DNA from: Patescibacteria group bacterium
GTDB taxonomy: Bacteria > Patescibacteriota > Microgenomatia > Levybacterales > GWA1-39-11
Direction of reading: 5' to 3'
Length of the DNA stretch: 64,000 nt
NCBI GenBank assembly: GCA_035545675.1
Contig: DASZYA010000004.1
Location: 6,519-70,518, forward strand
Positions within the stretch are counted from its first letter, which is position 1, and each line of letters starts with the position of its first letter. Shown piece by piece: positions 57,707 through 64,000 of the stretch. Position numbers and translations under genes: made by a program. A model generated the notes under the pieces. The model was not told the origin of the DNA and made no database searches. It saw nothing but the letters and a program-made list of their open reading frames with translations.

Positions 57707-58762
57707 ATGGTTAAAAGTATTGCTTCTTTAGGTTCACTCAATGGTAAAACAGTTCTTCTAAGAGTTGATAGTGATGTTGATATTGAAAACGGAAAAATAG
57801 TAGACGATACAAGGCTTCTTGCTTCTCTTGATACGCTTCATCATCTTCTTAAAAAAAGAGCAGATGTAAATATTATAGGGCATCTTGGTCGTCCAGATCC
57901 CAAGGATCCAGAATCCAATAGTAAAAACTTCACCTTAGAGCCAGTAGCACAATGGTTCGCTGATAAGTTAAAGGGGAAAGTTAAGCCTATAACTATAGGA
58001 CGCCTTAAAGCTTTTGAAATTACTAATCATATTAATTTAATAGAAAATCTTAGATTTTTCCCTGAAGAGGAGAAAAATGATCCTGAATTTGCGCGAGAAT
58101 TGGCACTTCTTGGAGATATTTATGTGGATGATGCGTTTGCGGTAAGTCACCGAGCACATGCAAGTATTGTAGGTGTCACAAAGTATCTACCCTCCTACGC
58201 AGGCCTTCATATGCAAAATGAAATTGAAGAACTATCAAAAATCTTAGTAAATCCAAAAAGACCTTTGGCGATTCTTATTGGTGGTGCGAAAATCGAGACA
58301 AAACTTCCAATGGTTGAAAAGATGCATCATGTTGCAGATTACGTCTTAGTAGGTGGGGAAATTGCCGAGCAAGACAAGGTAATCATAAAAGTTCAGCACG
58401 AAAAGATTGTGGGTCAAAAATCTGCAGTAGTTGTTTCCGAATCGACTGAAGATGGAAAAGATATTGACCAAAAATCAGTTGAGAATTTCTGCCAAATTTT
58501 AGGACTTGCCAATACAATTGTTTGGAATGGGCCGGTTGGATTTACTGACCATGGAGAAAAGACGGAAAGAGGTACAAAAGCACTGGCTGAATTTATAGTT
58601 TCAACAAATGCCTATAAGGTTGTAGGTGGCGGAGATACACTTGCCTATTTAAGTCGATTAAATCTTTTGGATAAGTTCGACTTCGTCTCAACAGGCGGCG
58701 GCGCAATGCTTGAGTTTTTGTCAGGAAAAGAATTGCCAGGAATTAAAGCCCTTGAGAAGTAG
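57707..58762 (+). CDS. pgk: phosphoglycerate kinase
   Basis: LLRVDSDVDIENGKI..IIGHLGRP; TGGGAMLEFLSGKELPGIKALE. Confidence 0.8.
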   Translation: MVKSIASLGSLNGKTVLLRVDSDVDIENGKIVDDTRLLASLDTLHHLLKKRADVNIIGHLGRPDPKDPESNSKNFTLEPVAQWFADKLKGKVKPITIGRLKAFEITNHINLIENLRFFPEEEKNDPEFARELALLGDIYVDDAFAVSHRAHASIVGVTKYLPSYAGLHMQNEIEELSKILVNPKRPLAILIGGAKIETKLPMVEKMHHVADYVLVGGEIAEQDKVIIKVQHEKIVGQKSAVVVSESTEDGKDIDQKSVENFCQILGLANTIVWNGPVGFTDHGEKTERGTKALAEFIVSTNAYKVVGGGDTLAYLSRLNLLDKFDFVSTGGGAMLEFLSGKELPGIKALEK

Positions 58763-59489
58763 ACTGATCTTGTCCGCTCGACTCATTTGGAATAAAAGTC
58801 CAAACCCTATCACTTTCGATTTTGTGGTAATCGATTTTATATTTGCCACCGCTAACTTCAGCTTCAAATACTCCAGCATCTTGCCAAGTTTTATAGATAT
58901 CAAACGTTTTTCTCATAAAACCCAAAGTCTGTGCATCAGTTAGAGTAGTAGTTTGCTCCCATGGATAATCTATCTCAACAGGTTTGTCTTCAGTTAGCGC
59001 CTTAAAATACTGTGGGACTACTCTGTTGTTATCTAAATAATATGTCGCTTCAGTGAAATACTCTGGTGAAAAAGATGGGGATCCCATGTTTAATCTGACT
59101 TCTTCGCCTTTTGTGTGGAGAGGTTTGGTTTCATCCATACATTCATTACGTGTGCGAATAGAATACTTTCTGTCTTCTCCTTGCTCAAACCAAATTCCAA
59201 TAGAATGTCCGTCGGAAAATCCTTGAATCATATTTGACGTTGCTTGTCGGGGAGAATTTTCTGTGCATCCAAGAATCTGGACCATAGAATCAACATAAAT
59301 GTCAAAATCTTGTGGTGTAATTTTTTCTTTTGCAAGAATTCTTTCGCAATCTACCTCAAGTCTTTGTTTTTCCCACTCATTGATAGGGTCAATAATAGAT
59401 GGATATTTTGGAGGTTCTTGTGAGGGTGTTTCTGTAGCTTTTCGAAAGGCAAATGGTCTGAGTTTTCTGAATCTTTCTAGCTGTTGCAT
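58743..59489 (-). CDS. hypothetical protein
   Basis: ORF only. Confidence 0.3.
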   Translation of the reverse strand: MQQLERFRKLRPFAFRKATETPSQEPPKYPSIIDPINEWEKQRLEVDCERILAKEKITPQDFDIYVDSMVQILGCTENSPRQATSNMIQGFSDGHSIGIWFEQGEDRKYSIRTRNECMDETKPLHTKGEEVRLNMGSPSFSPEYFTEATYYLDNNRVVPQYFKALTEDKPVEIDYPWEQTTTLTDAQTLGFMRKTFDIYKTWQDAGVFEAEVSGGKYKIDYHKIESDRVWTFIPNESSGQDQSTSQGL

Positions 59490-59544
59490 TGGCTTATTTT
59501 TAACAAACAGATTTTACATTGTCAATATTTGATATATTAAATTT

Positions 59545-59916
59545 ATGAAGATTGCAAATAAAACTGGAGTTTTAGGAGAAGATATAGCAGTTGACTACTT
59601 AAAAAAGAAAGGCTACAAGATAATTGAGAGAAACTTCCGCAAAAAATACGAGGAGATAGATATTATTTCTATTAAAGATAAGACTTTGGTTTTTATAGAA
59701 GTAAAAACCCGTAAATCAACTGCTTTTGGTACCCCATTTGAAGCTATTGCTCCCTGGAAATTAAAACATCTTGTGCAACTAGCTCAATTCTATAAGATTA
59801 CACATAAAAATCTGCCTGAGGATATGAGAATAGATGCAATTGGAGTTAAGTTTAATGGTGAGAGTCTTGAGTCGATTGAGCACTTAGAAAATATTATGGA
59901 TATCGATTTTACTTGA
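59545..59916 (+). CDS. YraN-family (UPF0102) endonuclease-like protein
   Basis: GEDIAVDYLKKKGYKIIERNFRKKYEEIDIISIK..VFIEVKTRK. Confidence 0.7.
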   Translation: MKIANKTGVLGEDIAVDYLKKKGYKIIERNFRKKYEEIDIISIKDKTLVFIEVKTRKSTAFGTPFEAIAPWKLKHLVQLAQFYKITHKNLPEDMRIDAIGVKFNGESLESIEHLENIMDIDFT

Positions 59917-60535
59917 GGATTTCGCTCCTTTTTGCTTCCATTATTCCCTTAATTTTTGATAGAGTTCCTTCTAGGTCTCCTTCTTCATTTATTACCAAAT
60001 AATCACAATCATCATATTGTTCCATTTCCCACTTAACAAGAGAGGGGTTCCAGCGATGTTTGTGTTTTCCTTCTCCCTCGTCTCTTTTTACCCTTGTCTC
60101 TAAAACCTCAATATCTGGAGCAGTTAAAAATACAAAAACTGATCTATCAGTCATGCTTTTAACTTTTTGTTTTATATTCTTAACTCCCTTTGCATCAATG
60201 TGCCAGATAATGTCTTTTCCAGTCTTTAGAGCTTCTTCTAGTGTCCTTTTCTCAGTTCCATACAAATGTTCACGAAACTCTACCCATTCAAAGAAGTCAT
60301 GGCTAGCAATTTTATCCTCAAAAGCACCTCTTTCTATAAAGTAGTACGGATTTCCTTCTGATTCACCTTCACGTGGTATGCGGCTTGTTGTTGTAATAAT
60401 TCTAACGAGATTTGGATCATCTACCTGAAGTTTTGCGAAAAGCGCATCTTTTCCTGCAGCGGTTGGTCCGGTTAATACTAGGAGTGTTCCTCTTTTTTGC
60501 TGGAGCTCTATTTCCTCATCAATGGGTTTTCCCAT
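59909..60535 (-). CDS. gmk: guanylate kinase
   Basis: LVLTGPTAAGKDAL; TTTSRIPREGESEGNPYYF. Confidence 0.8.
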   Translation of the reverse strand: MGKPIDEEIELQQKRGTLLVLTGPTAAGKDALFAKLQVDDPNLVRIITTTSRIPREGESEGNPYYFIERGAFEDKIASHDFFEWVEFREHLYGTEKRTLEEALKTGKDIIWHIDAKGVKNIKQKVKSMTDRSVFVFLTAPDIEVLETRVKRDEGEGKHKHRWNPSLVKWEMEQYDDCDYLVINEEGDLEGTLSKIKGIMEAKRSEILK

Positions 60536-60666
60536 AGCCTATTATATCAAACTATTGATGATTGATTATTGATTAATGATTAAAGTTTAAAATCAACTGA
60601 AAATTAAAACATATAAAATCATTAAGAATTAGGAATTAAAAATTGCTTTGATCTAGGATCTGATAA

Positions 60667-61764
60667 CTAAGAACTAGCTTGTGGAGTTGTTTGAGCCTGT
60701 GTTCCGAGCAATATTGTTTCTTCAATGAGTCTGTTTGAGTATCCAAATTCATTGTCATACCAAGCAATGACTTTTACCATGTTCCCACCAACAACTTGAG
60801 TAAGGGATAGATCTGCAATTGATGAGTGATAGTTGCCAATAATATCAGAAGAAACTATTGGATCATGCGTTGTTGCAAGAATTCCTTCAAATTGTGGTTG
60901 TTTTGATGCATTCTCAAGAGCCTGATTTACTTCTTCTACCGTTGTGTCACGTTTTACCAAAAAGGTAAAGTCTGATAAGGATCCTGTTGGGACAGGAACA
61001 CGGACTGCTAATCCATTAAATTTACCCTCTAAGCTTGGAATAGCTTTTGCTGCTGCTTTTGTAGCACCAGTTGAAGTTGGAATAATGTTTGCTGCTGCGG
61101 CTCTTGCTCTCCTGTAATCTTTGTGCCCTCCGTCTTGAAGTCTTTGATCGGAAGTATATCCATGAATTGTAGTCATCATGGCCTTTTCTATCCCAAAAGT
61201 TGTTTCCATTACATGTGCAACTGGAGTTATGCAGTTTGTTGTGCAACTTGCGTTACTTATGATGTTTTCTGTTTTTGAACTTCCATCTTGGTTCATGTTG
61301 ACTCCAAGTACATACGTAGATCCACTCGCCTCGTCTTTAAAAGGAGCAGAAAGGATTGCGGCTTTGGCTCCGGCCTGAAGATGTTTTTGGAGTCCTTCTT
61401 GGGTTGTAAATGCTCCGGTTGATTCAATAACTATATCTACGTTTAAATCTTTCCATGGAAGTTTTTCTGGTTCACGACCCGAGAAAACTGGGATTTCTTT
61501 TCCATTTATAACAAGTGCTCCAATGAGTGGGGTTTGGCTTTGAAAAGGAAGACTTACTTCTTCCGCTTTTTTAACTGATAGCTCAATTCCTTGAAGTGGT
61601 CCATAAACTGTATCGTATTTAAGAAGATACATCCAGCCAGTAATATCGGTTGATGACCCGGCATTAATTCCAACAACGTCTACTTCATCCATGTGGGATA
61701 GAAGAATTACTCGATGAGCAACACGCCCTATTCTTCCATAACCATTGATTCCAACCCTTACCAT
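60667..61764 (-). CDS. gap: glyceraldehyde-3-phosphate dehydrogenase
   Basis: VRVGINGYGRIGR; ASCTTNC. Confidence 0.9.
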   Translation of the reverse strand: MVRVGINGYGRIGRVAHRVILLSHMDEVDVVGINAGSSTDITGWMYLLKYDTVYGPLQGIELSVKKAEEVSLPFQSQTPLIGALVINGKEIPVFSGREPEKLPWKDLNVDIVIESTGAFTTQEGLQKHLQAGAKAAILSAPFKDEASGSTYVLGVNMNQDGSSKTENIISNASCTTNCITPVAHVMETTFGIEKAMMTTIHGYTSDQRLQDGGHKDYRRARAAAANIIPTSTGATKAAAKAIPSLEGKFNGLAVRVPVPTGSLSDFTFLVKRDTTVEEVNQALENASKQPQFEGILATTHDPIVSSDIIGNYHSSIADLSLTQVVGGNMVKVIAWYDNEFGYSNRLIEETILLGTQAQTTPQASS

Positions 61765-61842
61765 ATATTTAGAATAAAGAATTATGAATAAAGAATCAAG
61801 CCTTCATGTTTTTGATTCTAATTTCTGATAGAATGTCTCCCT

Positions 61843-62529
61843 ATGAATGAGAAAATGTTGATTGCAGCTCATAAAGCGTGGAAAAAAGGCGAGGCGGCAG
61901 AAAATCTTCAAAGAAGCACGTTGAGATCGGCATACCATAGAGGACTTGATGATCGGGATACTTCTCTAAGTGGAGTTAATTTTCTCGCAGGTCGAGCAAG
62001 GGAGTTGGCGAATTTAGCTTTAACATCTGAAGAAGAAATTTACTGGGCAACAGCGTCACACGACTTTTACATAGAGAGTGCAAGTTTATACGCGACTAGG
62101 GGCGATAAAGCTCGCCAGTTAAATGTCTTGTCTAGAGCCTCTGAGTTATCTGAGTCTTTATTCAGTTTTACACGAGATTTCAAATGGGCCAATTCAGCAA
62201 TCGATGAGAAGGTAGCCGATGCAGAGCTTTATCTTGAGTTGGGTAAAAAAGATGCGGCCGCTTTCTCTCTTGCCATAGCTGCTAATATTGCAGGTAAATT
62301 TGCTAGTAGAGCCGGTAGGGAGGGCTCTGTGCCCTTTAGAGAAAAGATTTGTGAGTTCAATATTAGATCTGGTCAGTTATTTTTGGAAGTAGGAGATAGA
62401 AGAAGAGCCATTACTTCTCATCATATTCTGCGCGAAACAGCCTATTCCTTGATGGAACTGACAGGAGATCCCAAATATTCTTCATGGATTGAAATCGGAG
62501 ACCGTTTTTTTGAATCACTCAATAAATAG
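61843..62529 (+). CDS. hypothetical protein
   Basis: ORF only. Confidence 0.3.
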   Translation: MNEKMLIAAHKAWKKGEAAENLQRSTLRSAYHRGLDDRDTSLSGVNFLAGRARELANLALTSEEEIYWATASHDFYIESASLYATRGDKARQLNVLSRASELSESLFSFTRDFKWANSAIDEKVADAELYLELGKKDAAAFSLAIAANIAGKFASRAGREGSVPFREKICEFNIRSGQLFLEVGDRRRAITSHHILRETAYSLMELTGDPKYSSWIEIGDRFFESLNK

Positions 62530-62551
62530 GAGATGAATTGTTGCCTTCTTG

Positions 62552-62580
62552 TTGTGATTTGGGCACGTATTCGGTATAAT
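62552..62580 (+). promoter_or_regulatory. candidate sigma-70 promoter for rpmH (TTGTGA -17 nt- TATAAT), predicting a near-leaderless transcript
   Basis: ttgtga at 62552-62557, a 17-nt spacer, tataat at 62575-62580, rpmH ATG at 62588. Confidence 0.35.
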
Positions 62581-62587
62581 ATGCTTT

Positions 62588-62719
62588 ATGCCAGAGTTAT
62601 TACCAAAAAGGAAAAAATTAAAAGGTAAGAGAAAGCACGGCTTTTTAGGAAGACTAAAGACCAGAACCGGCAAGCAAGTTATTAAAAGAAGAAGGCTTAA
62701 GGGTCGAAAGCGCGTCTAA
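62588..62719 (+). CDS. rpmH: 50S ribosomal protein L34
   Basis: Hand translation: MPELLPKRKKLKGKRKHGFLGRLKTRTGKQVIKRRRLKGRKRV (43 aa); it is absent from the ORF track because it is short. Confidence 0.8.
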   Translation: MPELLPKRKKLKGKRKHGFLGRLKTRTGKQVIKRRRLKGRKRV

Positions 62720-62721
62720 GA

Positions 62722-63042
62722 ATGTTTCCTAAGAAATCTCGTTATTCTTTTAAAGAAGGATTGCCGAGAAAAGTCATTTCTTTCCCATCTTTTTCATTAA
62801 GATTCGAAAAAAATGATATTGGCGCAAGAATAGCGGTAGTTGTGAGTAAGAAAGTAGATAAAAGCGCAGTTGCGAGGAACAGCATTAAGAGAAAATTCCT
62901 CGATCTATTAAAAGAAAACGGCGCTCAAGATCTATCTTACAGCCTTGTTTTCTATTTAAGGAGAAATGCTCTTGAAAATGATATGCTTTCAGGAGAAATA
63001 AAAGAAGCATTAAACAAACTTAACAATGTTCCAAATCTTTAA
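62722..63042 (+). CDS. rnpA: ribonuclease P protein component
   Basis: Position after rpmH; basic RNR-like motif SIKRKFLDLLKE; 106 aa. Confidence 0.75.
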   Translation: MFPKKSRYSFKEGLPRKVISFPSFSLRFEKNDIGARIAVVVSKKVDKSAVARNSIKRKFLDLLKENGAQDLSYSLVFYLRRNALENDMLSGEIKEALNKLNNVPNL

Positions 63043-63868
63043 CGTCATATTCACTTACCCAATAACTAACCTCTTAGTAGCTTTTTATCAATTATTTACC
63101 CATTTTGGTGTGCCCTACGCTTTTGGTTTTTCAATTATTCTTTTAACCGCTGTAGTTAAATTATTTCTTTTTCCTTTCATGTCTGCTCAGATTAAGTCTA
63201 CCTATAAAATGCAAAAAGTTGCGCCTCTTATAAATTCACTCAAAGAAAAGCACAAGGGAGACAACAAGCGTCAACAGGAAGAAATAATGAAGCTCTATAA
63301 GGAACATGGAGTAAATCCAGCCGGTGGATGCATACCATTACTTGTTCAAATTCCTATCATTTATAGCCTTTATCACGTATTAATAACTGCAGTTAATGCA
63401 AACACAACCCAAGAGATAAATGCTATCAATAAAGTACTTTACTTTGATTGGCTAAAAATCCAATCTATCTGGAACCTGACATTTTTTGGTCTGCCATTGG
63501 GAGCAAATCCTTGGGAGCTTGCTAAGCATGGTAGTTATCTAATGCTTTTGATCCCATTAATTACAGGTCTTGGTCAGTTTGTTCTTTCTAAGATGATGAT
63601 GCCAGAAGAGGTTGTTGATGCAAAAATAAAACTTGCAAAGCAAACTCCTCAAAAAGAAGATGATTTCCAAGCTGCTTTTCAAAAGCAATCTATGTTTATT
63701 TTTCCAGCAATGATTGGTTTGTTTTCAGCAACATTACCAATTGGACTCTCTTTGTACTGGAATACGTTCACAGTTTTTGGTATACTCCAGCAATACATTT
63801 TAGTTGGAGCCGGATCTTTGACTCCACATGTTAATAAATTGAAAGGAAAAGTAAATGGAAATAAATAA
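63026..63868 (+). CDS. yidC: membrane protein insertase YidC (short form)
   Basis: 5 TM helices; conserved GGCIPLLVQIPIIYSLY; position after rnpA. Confidence 0.8.
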   Translation: MFQIFNVIFTYPITNLLVAFYQLFTHFGVPYAFGFSIILLTAVVKLFLFPFMSAQIKSTYKMQKVAPLINSLKEKHKGDNKRQQEEIMKLYKEHGVNPAGGCIPLLVQIPIIYSLYHVLITAVNANTTQEINAINKVLYFDWLKIQSIWNLTFFGLPLGANPWELAKHGSYLMLLIPLITGLGQFVLSKMMMPEEVVDAKIKLAKQTPQKEDDFQAAFQKQSMFIFPAMIGLFSATLPIGLSLYWNTFTVFGILQQYILVGAGSLTPHVNKLKGKVNGNK

Positions 63869-64000
63869 AGTTATTCAAGAAGAAGCAGAAAACCTACTTG
63901 ATCAAGTTGGTATAAAAGCAACAGTTAAAGTTGAAGTTGACGGAGAAGGATTCAAGCTCCATTTAGACGGTGAGGAGAACGCTCTTCTTATTGGAAAGCA
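63855..64000 (+). CDS. Jag/KhpB-family RNA-binding protein, N-terminal fragment (3' truncated by window edge)
   Basis: MEINKVIQEEAENLLDQVGIKATVKVEVDGEGFKLHLDGEE (Jag N-domain); position after yidC. Confidence 0.6.
   Translation, partial: MEINKVIQEEAENLLDQVGIKATVKVEVDGEGFKLHLDGEENALLIGK

Overview
This AT-rich (~35% GC) window looks like a small streamlined bacterial chromosome, most likely from a Patescibacteria/CPR-like genome; that lineage call is inference from gene content and compositional style. It carries the replication-origin neighbourhood (dnaA-dnaN with DnaA-box clusters), ruvC-ruvA-ruvB, an N-domain-less clpB, msrA, rpoD-dnaG, comM, a compact sugar-phosphate and glycolysis block (rpe-rpiB-fba-pfkB, pgk, gap, gmk), PBP1A, and rpmH-rnpA-yidC-jag at the 3' end. 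Four things stand out. (1) A type IV secretion-like module is cut by the 5' edge of the window: a VirB4-family ATPase C-terminus, a membrane-anchored M23/lysozyme-like cell-wall hydrolase and an anchored extracellular protein, sitting directly beside the dnaN/dnaA origin. (2) A ~2.7 kb island at about 58% GC carries a complete PEP synthase (ppsA)-like gene with a structured GC-rich tail. This is a sharp compositional anomaly, so it is either recent horizontal transfer or an assembly chimera. (3) A 12 kb minus-strand accessory island holds small stress/detox-type genes: five VOC/glyoxalase paralogs, two DUF1801, DHFR-like, cupin, alpha/beta hydrolases, a SET-domain protein and others. (4) Several families of short tandem or palindromic intergenic repeats recur at multiple loci: (TTAAAGA)n at two sites, a ~110 nt repeated element, an AAGATCTA palindrome family in operon spacers, CTGACAATTGAC repeats, and TGTGA-N6-TCACT CRP-like palindromes flanking a Crp/Fnr regulator gene. 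A tRNA-Asn(GUU) was found by hand-folding. All calls rest on motif recognition by eye; no searches were run.
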